Sequence record: MH560358
DNA from: Escherichia virus KFS-EC
Reading direction: 5' to 3' (one strand)
DNA length: 64,000 nt
Below are positions 17,679 through 27,495 of the stretch, one piece after another. The stretch's first letter is position 1. Each line of letters starts with the position of its first letter. The position numbers and the translations under genes are program-made. The notes beneath the pieces were generated by a model. It searched no databases and had not been told where the DNA came from. It saw only the letters and a program-made list of their open reading frames with translations.

Positions 17679-18242
17679 TCAAATAACATTAAACACTGCA
17701 AATTCACCGTGATACTTATACGCATAGTCATTATATACTATTGCGGCGTCTATTTCTAGGTCAAATTGTCCTATATAGACTTTATTTCCTTCATTGTCCC
17801 TTATCTGGGCGACCCATTTACCCGAACGACTATTATAATGCACTCCTTTAAAATTGCTAGTTTTAGTTTGGTTATTTCTTCTCATATTTTGGGTATTCTG
17901 TTTTTGTGTCGCCTCTCTTAAGTTTGGAGGGTCGTTGTTTTCTGGATTCCCGTCAATATGGTCAATGACAGGTGGGCAATACCCATGCTCTAAGAAGAAT
18001 ACTATTCTATGCACAAGCTCAAAATATTGTTTTCCTTCAAAAGAAAACGAGACTTTTAGGTGTCCGGCTGTGACTTTAGATACCTTTACTATATCACCAA
18101 CCTTATAAAACTGGCCTTCTTTCGTCGTTCGGCTTGCTTTGCTGTTTGTTTTATGAATCAATATACCACTTTCGTGTCTATATCTTCGACGTATTTCATC
18201 CTTTAGTTCATCGCTCCATTCTTTGGCTTTCCTTACCCTCAC
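17679..18242 (-). CDS. freestanding HNH homing endonuclease with C-terminal AP2-like DNA-binding domain
   Basis: HNH motif HRIVFFLEHGYCPPVIDHIDGNPENNDPPNLREATQKQN; AP2-like FKGVHYNSRSGKWVAQIRDNEGNKVYIGQF; GTG start with GAGGG SD; inserted between 61 and 56. Confidence 0.75.
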   Translation of the reverse strand: MRVRKAKEWSDELKDEIRRRYRHESGILIHKTNSKASRTTKEGQFYKVGDIVKVSKVTAGHLKVSFSFEGKQYFELVHRIVFFLEHGYCPPVIDHIDGNPENNDPPNLREATQKQNTQNMRRNNQTKTSNFKGVHYNSRSGKWVAQIRDNEGNKVYIGQFDLEIDAAIVYNDYAYKYHGEFAVFNVI

Positions 18243-18259
18243 AATACAACCCTCATTAA

Positions 18260-19288
18260 TTAAAATTTACAATATTTCATAAACCGCATTTTAGCCATCA
18301 GACCTTGTACGGTGTTCTCTTTGATATATTCCATGATCTGGTCGCGTGTAGCGCCCTCGTCCTGAATCATGGCGTTAACGTCTTTAGAATGCCACGGGCA
18401 ACGGTCCCACAATACAATCTTTTCCCCTGCATTGATAAACTTTTCCAGTCGGTGCATTGTATCGGCAGACCGTGGTTCCGCATCAAGTACAAACACTCGC
18501 TGGTCTGGGAAAGGGATTTCATCTAATCCCAAAGTACCGCCAGTAATTGCACACCCGTTATCAATAAACAATGAATCGATCGGACCTTCTAAGAAATACA
18601 CTGGTTTACTCGGATCGGCGCGTTCAAGACCATAGACCTTACTCGCTAACTCGTGAGTTTTAATCGTCATATATTTGGTCTTTCCGTAATCCTTTCTCAA
18701 TGCTCGCCCCTGAATGGATTCTATCTTGTTCTCGCGGTTAAAGATAGGAATCACTAAACGTGGTTCAGGTTGTGGATTCTTGAAAGTATCAGCCTTAATG
18801 TGATTTGCTACCTTTTGCCATTCTCTCGTGAAATACAGAAGATCCCATTTATCGTGAGGGATGCAACGATCACTGACATACTTTATTATAGGATGATTAG
18901 CCGGAAGAGTATCTAATCTCTCGCAGAAAGGCAATGTTTGCACTTTCTTAATCTCCGACTTTTCTACCTTTTTCAGTGGCTTGAACGTGGTGTTCTTGTG
19001 GTCGCCTTGTTCCTTCCGTCGTTCCATAAGCCATTCCCTGAATAGGTCCGGCTTATACTGTTTGAGAAATTCACCTAACGGCTGATTGTAGTTACAGTTG
19101 AAACAGCCGCAACGCAAACTATCCTTATAGGTATAGATACGGAATCGCGCTTGAGTATGATTTTTCTTTGAGTCACCGCAGATCGGACAACTACAGACCA
19201 GCGTAAATGAGCTAGTATGCAACCGTTTAAAATTTCGTTCGCCGTATATGGCTTTTTCCGCTATTTCATAATCTGCGTAGTAAATCAT
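18260..19288 (-). CDS. 61: DNA primase gp61
   Basis: N-terminal zinc ribbon (CSCPICGD...CGCFNC); size 342 aa identical to T4 gp61; synteny with 41. Confidence 0.85.
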   Translation of the reverse strand: MIYYADYEIAEKAIYGERNFKRLHTSSFTLVCSCPICGDSKKNHTQARFRIYTYKDSLRCGCFNCNYNQPLGEFLKQYKPDLFREWLMERRKEQGDHKNTTFKPLKKVEKSEIKKVQTLPFCERLDTLPANHPIIKYVSDRCIPHDKWDLLYFTREWQKVANHIKADTFKNPQPEPRLVIPIFNRENKIESIQGRALRKDYGKTKYMTIKTHELASKVYGLERADPSKPVYFLEGPIDSLFIDNGCAITGGTLGLDEIPFPDQRVFVLDAEPRSADTMHRLEKFINAGEKIVLWDRCPWHSKDVNAMIQDEGATRDQIMEYIKENTVQGLMAKMRFMKYCKF

Positions 19289-19297
19289 AATAACCTC

Positions 19298-19501
19298 TTA
19301 TAGCTCAAATTTCATGAAAGTTCCTACACTTTCATTTTCATTCTCTCCGTTTTCATCTAAGCCAAATTTGTAGACACTACCATCTGGCGATGTGTAAGAG
19401 AATACACGAAAACGGCCTACCGAATCAAGTTCTGTAAATTCATATTCTTTTCCGGCTTCAAAAAGTGCATATGTGCTTTTAAGACATTTCATCGTAATCA
19501 T
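19298..19501 (-). CDS. hypothetical small protein (67 aa), 61.1 position
   Basis: ATG start; coupled to next small ORF. Confidence 0.45.
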   Translation of the reverse strand: MITMKCLKSTYALFEAGKEYEFTELDSVGRFRVFSYTSPDGSVYKFGLDENGENENESVGTFMKFEL

Positions 19502-19641
19502 TTAAGCGCCACCGACAACAGAATGAGAACTACACCAACATACATTGTGATCTCGGATAACTTTTCTGTTTTTGTTTTGTGTCCAGATAATCCGAAAACA
19601 ACAACACCGATAATAGCGGACAGCAAGCCAACGATAAACAT
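19498..19641 (-). CDS. tiny membrane protein (47 aa, two hydrophobic segments)
   Basis: hand-translated MFIVGLLSAIIGVVVFGLSGHKTKTEKLSEITMYVGVVLILLSVALK; ATGA overlap with downstream ORF; weak SD. Confidence 0.3.
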   Translation of the reverse strand: MFIVGLLSAIIGVVVFGLSGHKTKTEKLSEITMYVGVVLILLSVALK

Positions 19642-19648
19642 GATGATA

Positions 19649-19825
19649 CTAAGCACCGTCTTTCTCCTTTTTGCGTTTTTCTTTACCCGCTACACTAGGT
19701 CCACGATTGGTAATAGATCCGCTCGTTTCACCTGCTGCGATCTTCTCAGGATTGCCGCCAGCATCGCCAGTGGTCATATCTTCTTTGAGTTTATTTTCTT
19801 CAACAAACTGTTTAAATCCAATCAT
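19649..19825 (-). CDS. small hydrophilic protein (58 aa)
   Basis: hand-translated; ATGA overlap with stop of ORF 19822-20199. Confidence 0.3.
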   Translation of the reverse strand: MIGFKQFVEENKLKEDMTTGDAGGNPEKIAAGETSGSITNRGPSVAGKEKRKKEKDGA

Positions 19826-20199
19826 AGAATAATCTCTTTCAGTAAGTCAACAATCTGGTCTTTCGTCAGTTTATCCTGATTCTCTACAATCTTGATAACA
19901 CAAGCATTAACATCTTTTCGAGTCACGCGGGAGATCGTTTTAATACGATGAAACGGTTCGTAGAAATATACTGCTTCATTATAGAGCGCAGCAATTTTTC
20001 GACGCATTTGATCTTTATCTGACAAGAAAACAAGTGCTGTTTTATGACCTTCTACACCCGCCACGTTATATAGTTCAGCAACACCCCAGCGACCTTCCGG
20101 TTCAATCATTCCGGCGTGTTTACCGTCGATAAAAATAAGAATATCTCCGTTGAATGCGGTTTTGAATGCTACATCTTCCGGCGTAATCATATTTTTCAT
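19822..20199 (-). CDS. hypothetical protein (125 aa)
   Basis: ATG with AAGGAGA SD. Confidence 0.55.
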   Translation of the reverse strand: MKNMITPEDVAFKTAFNGDILIFIDGKHAGMIEPEGRWGVAELYNVAGVEGHKTALVFLSDKDQMRRKIAALYNEAVYFYEPFHRIKTISRVTRKDVNACVIKIVENQDKLTKDQIVDLLKEIIL

Positions 20200-20229
20200 A
20201 ATATAGTCTCCTTAGAGTTTCATTATAGA

Positions 20230-20865
20230 TCAAGCGAATGTAGAAAGCAAATGTTTTGTTTCTTTCAGTTGTCGTTCAAGATCTTTGCGTTTCTCTTTAA
20301 GTTGCATTTTAGCATTATTTCGCTGTTTTTCAACATCTTTATCAATACTCTTATTCCAGTTATCAATATCAGAATAAGTTGGCATACCCAATTCTAGACC
20401 TAATGCGGTTGGATACAAGGTAACAGTCCATAAACCGCTAATCTTCTTAAATAGGTCGGGGTGTAGTGTACTATCTACATCTTCCGGTGTCAACTCTTTT
20501 TCTTCTTTCAGTGGTGGGATCTCGTCATATGGTTCCAGTGCATTTACTTTAATGTCAGATACCTCATCAAAGAATCCGCGTACATCCGCAGGAAATACAC
20601 AAGCAATTTCCCAACCGTGATCACGCAGAGAAGTAATATTTTTCACTCCCCCACCATGTGTGATGATTGATGTGACATTGCCATCAAGGTCCACCGAATT
20701 TACGAGAAATGGCTTATCGTCTGTCAGATCATTATAAAACTGTGCTTCGGCTGTAGTCATCTCCAGAAACAGATCTCGGATCGGACGACCATCAGGTGCG
20801 TTACCTTCCTTGAGAGTATAAAAGCGACTTACGATCCATTTTGGCGGTAAAGCATTAGCGATCAT
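20230..20865 (-). CDS. hypothetical protein (211 aa), T4 61.2 position
   Basis: ATG with AGGAGA SD; position-based only. Confidence 0.55.
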   Translation of the reverse strand: MIANALPPKWIVSRFYTLKEGNAPDGRPIRDLFLEMTTAEAQFYNDLTDDKPFLVNSVDLDGNVTSIITHGGGVKNITSLRDHGWEIACVFPADVRGFFDEVSDIKVNALEPYDEIPPLKEEKELTPEDVDSTLHPDLFKKISGLWTVTLYPTALGLELGMPTYSDIDNWNKSIDKDVEKQRNNAKMQLKEKRKDLERQLKETKHLLSTFA

Positions 20866-20915
20866 GTTATATCTCCTATCAAATCATTCACCAGCGCCCC
20901 GCAGGGCGCATTTTA

Positions 20916-22328
20916 TTAGAAAGTCATGTTATTTGCTAGCTCGTCGAGTTTTTCTCGTTTCTCGGCTTGCTGTGCGCTTTGTGGTTTAACCTGTGCATTC
21001 TCCTGATCTGCGATCTGGTTTGGGACTTCATACCAACGCTGATTGCCTTTTTTCACACCAACGTTAAACCGTGAATAATAGTTCTTATCACCGTAACGAG
21101 ACTTGATCTGCTTCATGAGTTGGACGCCCATTTTAGCCAGGTCTTCGGTTTCGATAACACCCAACATAAAGTCGGCAGTAGCCGGAAGACCTGCCGATTC
21201 AGCGGTATCACTCATGTTAAGGTCGGAAGCATCCCAACCCGCGCGGGTAGTCTGTGCCGCAGTCCAACCAACAACATCCCACTTAACAAAAAATCCTCGC
21301 AGTTCTTCCGCAATCGCCTTAACTAGTGTGTAACTATTTTCAGAGTATACACGCAAGCGAGACGATGCGCAAATCCCAAGATAGTCAACAATCACAACAT
21401 CAGGTTTAAACTGTTTCTTGAGTCGCAATTCATTCATTAACGCCTCAAAGTGATTGGAGTTCGCGCCACCAGTCGGATACTGCTTGATCATCAATTTTCC
21501 AACCGGACGATCTCCGTTCTTCTTATTCTTAACCCGCTTCATACGTGCGGAATATTCCGCAAAAGAAACATTACCATTATCCAATTCATCTAATGTAATG
21601 TCAAGCAAGTTTGCGTCAATACGTTTGGCTACGACATGCTCTGCCATCTCCATTGAGATATACAATACATCATAACCACATTCCATATAATCCGCAGCAA
21701 GAGAACACAGTCCAAGCGATTTGCCAACGTTTACACCAGCAAGCAACACATTTAGCGTTTTTCTTTCCGCCCCTCCTTTCGTGATTTTATTCAACATCGG
21801 CAGCTTAAATGGGATCTTATTCGCCTTAGTCTGATATAACAGGAATCGTTTTTCAAAGTCATTAAACCAGTCATGACCTACATCAGAATCAAACGTAATG
21901 GATAGTGCTTCCTGCATAATTTCAGGAATAGCGCCCTCACTAGGCAATTTCTTATTCTGTTTCTCTTTTGGTAGTTGTGCGTTCGCCTGAATCTCTAGCG
22001 CCCGTGACATTGCATTGTACATAGCACGGTCACGAATAAATTTTTCGGTTTCCTTCATTAACCAATCAAGGTCTTCCGGTGTATTCTCCAGCGAATCGAG
22101 AAGAGTTTTAGCCCCTTCATATGTTGTCTGATTGCCTCTCTCCTTGTCTAAAGCAATCTGTAATGCAGTTGGCGTAGGAATATTGGAATATTCGTCTACG
22201 TGCTTTTTAATCAGCTTATAAATCAGTTTTTCTTCGTCTTCGGTGAAGTAGTCCGCTTTAAGGTGAGGCCATACATTCGTAAAGAATGCGCCATTGTAAA
22301 TCAACTGTGAAAAGATAGTTTTAATCAT
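20916..22328 (-). CDS. 41: replicative DnaB-like helicase gp41
   Basis: near-collinear match to T4 gp41 as recalled (GAE.GTLNVLMAGVNVGKSLGLCSLAADY, IKQYPTGGA, TAAQ). Confidence 0.9.
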   Translation of the reverse strand: MIKTIFSQLIYNGAFFTNVWPHLKADYFTEDEEKLIYKLIKKHVDEYSNIPTPTALQIALDKERGNQTTYEGAKTLLDSLENTPEDLDWLMKETEKFIRDRAMYNAMSRALEIQANAQLPKEKQNKKLPSEGAIPEIMQEALSITFDSDVGHDWFNDFEKRFLLYQTKANKIPFKLPMLNKITKGGAERKTLNVLLAGVNVGKSLGLCSLAADYMECGYDVLYISMEMAEHVVAKRIDANLLDITLDELDNGNVSFAEYSARMKRVKNKKNGDRPVGKLMIKQYPTGGANSNHFEALMNELRLKKQFKPDVVIVDYLGICASSRLRVYSENSYTLVKAIAEELRGFFVKWDVVGWTAAQTTRAGWDASDLNMSDTAESAGLPATADFMLGVIETEDLAKMGVQLMKQIKSRYGDKNYYSRFNVGVKKGNQRWYEVPNQIADQENAQVKPQSAQQAEKREKLDELANNMTF

Positions 22329-22642
22329 ACGTAGCCCCCAACTACACGCATAACAAAGGTCTTGAGTTTATACCAGAAAGTTTCTTTTTTCAACTTTTCT
22401 TCTGCTTCTTTGATCTGCGCGGTTAACGCCTTAATGACGTGTGGATATACCACATCACGATCTGACGGCGTGGAGTAGTCGACCACAATACCTTTAGTGT
22501 CTGGATCGTATTCAACATTATGAATATAGACAATATGATGTTCTCCCTCTTCATCAACAATTATCAGTTCCTGAATAACTGTCTTCATTGCTTCTTGAAT
22601 CAAGCTGTGTGCTTCTTCTAAACTTGTTGGTTTCTTATCCAT
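22325..22642 (-). CDS. 40: gp40-like protein (head vertex assembly chaperone position)
   Basis: position between uvsX and 41, size 105 aa, ATGA coupling to 41. Confidence 0.5.
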   Translation of the reverse strand: MDKKPTSLEEAHSLIQEAMKTVIQELIIVDEEGEHHIVYIHNVEYDPDTKGIVVDYSTPSDRDVVYPHVIKALTAQIKEAEEKLKKETFWYKLKTFVMRVVGGYV

Positions 22643-22683
22643 AATATAATCCTCTCAGTCAAAATATCATTTTACTACTTTAA

Positions 22684-23433
22684 TTATTCTATGTCAACAA
22701 ATTTCCAATTTGGAAAGTCTGGACTCATACAACGACGCCGAACGGTTCCGCGCTCGTTTCCTAGTACCTTAGATACTTCCGATACAGATTTATAAATCAC
22801 ACCATCAACAAATACAGCCTTTCGGTCTTTCCTGTTTTGGTTTTTGCTCTTTTCTCTTCTGGCTTCTACGTTATCCGAATCATTCCATTGTCTCTTTGCT
22901 GTCTCTCTGGAAGATATTGCCTTTTGTTCTTTAACAATATCTTTAACGAGTTGTTCTTGTCCTGTTATCTTCGCCCACACATTAACAGACTGGATAGCAT
23001 TAGCCTCACTCATTCCCCAGCGTTTGCCGGATATATTCTTACGACGCACGCGTAGAAATTCGTTAAAGACTTCTTCGCATTGGTGCATATAATCACGAAA
23101 TCCATATTTCTTAGCCCATGCCTCTTTAATTGCATCAGACATATTTTCGGCAATACGTCTACGCATCCATGCATACTCCTTATTATTGCGACCGTGACTG
23201 GTCATGCACATCATACGCGAAGCCATAATAAGACCCACATGTTTAGGATACATTTTAGCTAAAAGTAGATGTGCTGTAAAGTGTTCCTCTGGAGTCAATG
23301 GAACGAGATTTTCGTGGTCATCGGTTCCACCCATACAACGTGGTTTAACGTGATGGATCTCTACATATCCGGTCGGCTTCTCGCGGGTTCTTGCTCGTTC
23401 AATCAATTTTTCGTAATGTGCTTTGTAGTTCAT
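22684..23433 (-). CDS. freestanding HNH homing endonuclease
   Basis: HNH motif EIHHVKPRCMGGTDDHENLVPLTPEEH; basic C-terminal DNA-binding region; start at internal ATG with GGAGGA SD right after uvsX terminator. Confidence 0.7.
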   Translation of the reverse strand: MNYKAHYEKLIERARTREKPTGYVEIHHVKPRCMGGTDDHENLVPLTPEEHFTAHLLLAKMYPKHVGLIMASRMMCMTSHGRNNKEYAWMRRRIAENMSDAIKEAWAKKYGFRDYMHQCEEVFNEFLRVRRKNISGKRWGMSEANAIQSVNVWAKITGQEQLVKDIVKEQKAISSRETAKRQWNDSDNVEARREKSKNQNRKDRKAVFVDGVIYKSVSEVSKVLGNERGTVRRRCMSPDFPNWKFVDIE

Positions 23434-23451
23434 GTGATCCTCCATATGAAA

Positions 23452-23470
23452 AAGGGGCATAACGCCCCTT
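23452..23470 (-). terminator. rho-independent terminator after uvsX
   Basis: AAGGGGC-loop-GCCCCTT stem followed by U4. Confidence 0.55.
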
Positions 23471-23484
23471 AACTGTCACTGATA

Positions 23485-24555
23485 TTATGCTAACATATCT
23501 TCGATTTCTTTGTCAACTGCTTCGTCGCTGATAATCTGGCCTAACTGATAATGATCGTTGATTGCTTTCTGGAAGTGCTCATTGGTCAGTAGAGGTTTCC
23601 AGAACTCCACACTGTCAGTGTCTTTTGCACGCACCTTGCGGTCTTCAACTTCCATTTCTCCGGTCTCCTCGTTAAGAATAGCGCGAGAATACCAGCCATT
23701 TGATGGTTTAACTACCCAACCCAACTCCACCGCAAGATCCAGCAATCCAGAATAAGGATCGATGCCACCACTAAACGTTACGCTAATCGGGAACTTTGAT
23801 CCCTCTCTAACCGTTCGTGATTTCTCGGCTTTCAGAATAAAGTCATAACCCGTAACCTCGGTTCCTTCTTTCTGCTGGCGACGCCCAATGATGAAAATTT
23901 CATTGGAAGAGTAAACGCCACCAGTACCGCCACCCATGATATCTTTCGGGTAAAGATCCATTGAGCTATAAACGTGGTTAATCGCAATGCACGGAATATC
24001 ATTCATGGTCAGATACGGCGTAATCATACGGAACAAGCCTTTAAGTGCTTTAGCTCTCGTCATATCCTGCGCCGATTTCTCATTAATCGCGTCTTCAACT
24101 TCTTTTTTACTTGCCAAGTTACCGATTGAGTCAATAAAGATGATCACTTTATCTTCACGGGTAATTTGCTCAAGCTGGTTCATGATCTCAAATTTAAGTT
24201 CTTCGATGTTCTTGATTGGAACGTGCACCACTCGATCAGGATCTACACCCATAGATGACAGATACGCGGAAGTAATGCCAAATTCTGAATCAAAGAACAA
24301 ACAAGCCGCATCTGGATTCTGTTTCATGTATGCACTAACACAAGTTAATCCCATGTTTGATTTAAAGTGCTTAGACGGACCAGCAAAGAAAATCAGACCA
24401 GATTGAAAGCCTTTTTTAAGATCACCAGAAAACGCAATATTCAGCATCGGGTTCTTAGTGCGAGTATTTGTTTTTTCGTTAAAGAAGCTGGATTTAGACA
24501 GTACCGCAGTAGTTTTCAGGGTAGAGTTCTTTTTCAGTTTTTCCAGTACAGACAT
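23485..24555 (-). CDS. uvsX: UvsX recombinase (RecA-like)
   Basis: RecA-fold P-loop (GPSKHFKS) and synteny with 40/41/43; 356 aa. Confidence 0.85.
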   Translation of the reverse strand: MSVLEKLKKNSTLKTTAVLSKSSFFNEKTNTRTKNPMLNIAFSGDLKKGFQSGLIFFAGPSKHFKSNMGLTCVSAYMKQNPDAACLFFDSEFGITSAYLSSMGVDPDRVVHVPIKNIEELKFEIMNQLEQITREDKVIIFIDSIGNLASKKEVEDAINEKSAQDMTRAKALKGLFRMITPYLTMNDIPCIAINHVYSSMDLYPKDIMGGGTGGVYSSNEIFIIGRRQQKEGTEVTGYDFILKAEKSRTVREGSKFPISVTFSGGIDPYSGLLDLAVELGWVVKPSNGWYSRAILNEETGEMEVEDRKVRAKDTDSVEFWKPLLTNEHFQKAINDHYQLGQIISDEAVDKEIEDMLA

Positions 24556-24566
24556 TATTAATACCT

Positions 24567-24755
24567 CTATTCAGTTAATCCGTAATACTTTAATTGCTTC
24601 ATTGTTATTCGATCTTTGTAGTGCTCTTGAATTAACTTTTTCATCACATCAACATCGATCGTCACAAATACTTCGTTGCTGTGATTTCCGTGAACTTTCT
24701 TGAAATGCTCTATGCCTTCCTCACGTTCACGTTTAATCTTTTCAATGTCTCTCAT
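24567..24755 (-). CDS. hypothetical small protein (62 aa)
   Basis: internal ATG; promoter and 5'-UTR hairpin upstream. Confidence 0.4.
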   Translation of the reverse strand: MRDIEKIKREREEGIEHFKKVHGNHSNEVFVTIDVDVMKKLIQEHYKDRITMKQLKYYGLTE

Positions 24756-24799
24756 AATATATTTCTCACATTGGCGGGTATCGTAACCCAACACCCGCC

Positions 24800-24827
24800 A
24801 TTATACACACTTTATCTTAAATGTCAA
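24800..24827 (-). promoter_or_regulatory. early promoter (TTGACA-16-TATAAT) followed by 5'-UTR stem-loop GGCGGGT..ACCCGCC (24773-24799)
   Basis: -35 at 24822-24827 overlapping the 3' end of gene 43. Confidence 0.5.
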
Positions 24828-27495
24828 ACAGGTCCGTAAGCGATGCCACCTTTTCATATTGCAGCTTTGCAGCCGTGGTAATGTTCTCCAGTGGTTTGAC
24901 GAAAGTCTTATTAAACAACAAAGGCCAGTCCAACCACTTCAACACCTCTGATTCAATTTCTGGAGGAATACGAGTACCAGACAACCAACCAAAACAGATT
25001 TCTCCAAACGGATTTCGATCTTTAAGCGGTACAATCATAACCTTCTCGCCTTCACGAATCGGATCTAGTCCGAATTTTCGAGCATTACGATTATAACACA
25101 ATACACTCTTAACCGCATACGGACAACCCTTAATCGGATACCCGTTTGAATCGCTGTATTTCTGTAGGTTGTTTGCAGATGATACCGCAGCAACATCAAG
25201 ATAGTCAAGTTTTCTAAATTCTTGCTCAAAAATACCGTAGTATTCCTGCAATGACTCTTCACCTTCCTGCAACATACGGCGAATACATTCTTTCAGTGAT
25301 TTCTGACATGCTTTAGGGGTGGAGCTACGTTGCGTTTCCAAGCCCATGATTTTTAGCTTAGGTTCAGCAAAGCGCGTTCCTTCCATATCCCAAACATTAA
25401 GAGCATAACGCTTTTTGCCAGTCCAGAATCCACCGATACCCGCAGATTTCAACGGAGGACCAGCAATTGCCTCACGGTCCATAAACATCAAGTGCTCATA
25501 GTTATTCATGTACTCGCATAACTCGCGATATCCCTTGTCGATAATAGGTTCCATCCGATGTTTACCGAAATTATCAAGGAAGTCAACAAGTTTTTCGGTA
25601 TCGTCGAAACGATCTTCCCCGCCAACCTTATCAACAACATTGTTAACCAGCACATAAACGGAGTCAGTATCACAATAACGAACATATGCAAAATCGGTTG
25701 TTCCGCAAAGCTCGTTTAAGTATTCGTTAATCTTACGCTCAATCCACTGAATTGCAAGCTGACCAAACAAGGTGATCGCACTAGCGTTACGGAGATCATA
25801 AAAACGGAATTTAGGATTCCCCAACGCACCATAAAGGGAGTTGATCAAAACTTTTCGAGAAAGCTGGTTTGTATTGCACAAGATCGACTCGTCTTTACAT
25901 TCTTCCAGCAATTTCTCTAAGGCATCTTTACTTAATTCAGAAAGCATCGATTTAAACGCTTCATCAAAGTCGTGACGCACTTCAACGCTATAGCTAATGG
26001 TTCCCCCATAAACATGATTTTCATCGTGTAGAATCGCTTTACAGAGTTCAGCATTGCGATCACATGCCAGCATCATATTTTTGTACTGCTTGCGCTGGTC
26101 GAATACCTTTTTAATCTCAATCGGTACGATACCATGAATATCTTTTCGATACATCCACCCGTTAGGCGAGCAAGAATACTCATCGCTCGGACGCGGGGCA
26201 GTTTTATTGATATACTCGTGCATCGGTGCAGCATCAAAAGATCCAGCGATTGTTTCCGGCGAAATGTTAACCTGACGGATGATTGATGGATACAGACTTG
26301 TTAAGTCAAAGCTCATCATCCAGCGATAAGCATTAGGTACAGGTTCTTTTACAAAAGCACCTGGATAAGTCTGCTTAGGCTGTATCTTGTTCTCCGGTAC
26401 TACTTTACCCTCAGCTTTCAGAGATCCGAAAATAATAGCATCCCATACTTTCATCGGGTTATAAACATGGTTAAATTTAATCTTTGCATAGAAACATAGG
26501 CTATACACCAGATCGATAAATCCGCGCTTTTTATCAATCGCCAGCACACGATCAACGTCGCCGATGTTATAATCGATGTAAAGTTGATGGTTGTCATCAC
26601 GCAATTTCTTTAACGGACCGTCATAATCAACCTTACCGATTCCTGTCTCATATTCAGCAACATAATCTAATGCATATGTTGGTTGAGTCGTAAAGCTAAA
26701 TTTCTTGTACAGGTCAATATAATCAAGGCTTTCGATCCCCATGATCGTAAATGCTTCACGCTCGTTGCCAAAATCATCCTGTGAGATTCGGGATTTAATC
26801 TTACCGCACGGGCTTAGACGGGTAGCGGTTCTACTTCCGAACTTATTACTGATACGCTTAATGATATATGGAATATCGAATGTTTCTGTGTTCCAGCCAG
26901 TGAAACCAACTGGTCGGTTTTCCTCAAAGAATCGGATGTATTCTAACAGCAATTCATCTTCTGTATCATAGACATTATAAACAACGCGCTCTACAATATC
27001 TGGACGAAGAATGGATTTGCTTGCTTCCCAAGATTCACCGTTTTTTCCTTTCAAGTCAAATACAAAGAAACGATCATGTACGGAATCATAATGCGTAATT
27101 GCATCGATAGGATATTTCGCTTCTTCTGGTTTAGGAAATTCCGGTGCAGTGACCTCAATATCAACCCAGGATACACGGATTTTATTTCGGTCATATCGAA
27201 TCTCACCTTTATATGTATCGGACAGATAGGAGATGATAAAATCATCCATCCCTAGTGCCTCCTGCCCCATTTCTCCCATCTTTTTACGCCATTTGTTGGC
27301 CTCGTTCATAGATGGGAATTTTTTAGCAATGCAAGGCTTGCCATAGATATCTTTATAATTCGTAACCATACCAGGCGCGGCATGATGAAATAAAGTTGGC
27401 GTATATTCAACGTAACGCTCTTGTTCTTGTCCAGCATCATCAATATAACGCTCGTAGATCTTATCACCTACTCGCTCACATGACAGAAAATACAT
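24817..27495 (-). CDS. 43: DNA polymerase gp43 (family B)
   Basis: collinear with T4 gp43 as recalled from N-terminus (ERYID, KFPSM, EALGMDDF, DIEVT) through polymerase motifs (YGDTDS); start at ATG with AAGGAG SD. Confidence 0.92.
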   Translation of the reverse strand: MYFLSCERVGDKIYERYIDDAGQEQERYVEYTPTLFHHAAPGMVTNYKDIYGKPCIAKKFPSMNEANKWRKKMGEMGQEALGMDDFIISYLSDTYKGEIRYDRNKIRVSWVDIEVTAPEFPKPEEAKYPIDAITHYDSVHDRFFVFDLKGKNGESWEASKSILRPDIVERVVYNVYDTEDELLLEYIRFFEENRPVGFTGWNTETFDIPYIIKRISNKFGSRTATRLSPCGKIKSRISQDDFGNEREAFTIMGIESLDYIDLYKKFSFTTQPTYALDYVAEYETGIGKVDYDGPLKKLRDDNHQLYIDYNIGDVDRVLAIDKKRGFIDLVYSLCFYAKIKFNHVYNPMKVWDAIIFGSLKAEGKVVPENKIQPKQTYPGAFVKEPVPNAYRWMMSFDLTSLYPSIIRQVNISPETIAGSFDAAPMHEYINKTAPRPSDEYSCSPNGWMYRKDIHGIVPIEIKKVFDQRKQYKNMMLACDRNAELCKAILHDENHVYGGTISYSVEVRHDFDEAFKSMLSELSKDALEKLLEECKDESILCNTNQLSRKVLINSLYGALGNPKFRFYDLRNASAITLFGQLAIQWIERKINEYLNELCGTTDFAYVRYCDTDSVYVLVNNVVDKVGGEDRFDDTEKLVDFLDNFGKHRMEPIIDKGYRELCEYMNNYEHLMFMDREAIAGPPLKSAGIGGFWTGKKRYALNVWDMEGTRFAEPKLKIMGLETQRSSTPKACQKSLKECIRRMLQEGEESLQEYYGIFEQEFRKLDYLDVAAVSSANNLQKYSDSNGYPIKGCPYAVKSVLCYNRNARKFGLDPIREGEKVMIVPLKDRNPFGEICFGWLSGTRIPPEIESEVLKWLDWPLLFNKTFVKPLENITTAAKLQYEKVASLTDLFDI

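Noticed and set aside
19523-19879. Plus-strand 118-aa ORF between genes 61 and 41
   Set aside because: The same interval is fully explained by minus-strand small ORFs with coupling signals (19498-19641, 19649-19825); the plus ORF lacks an SD and runs antisense to them.
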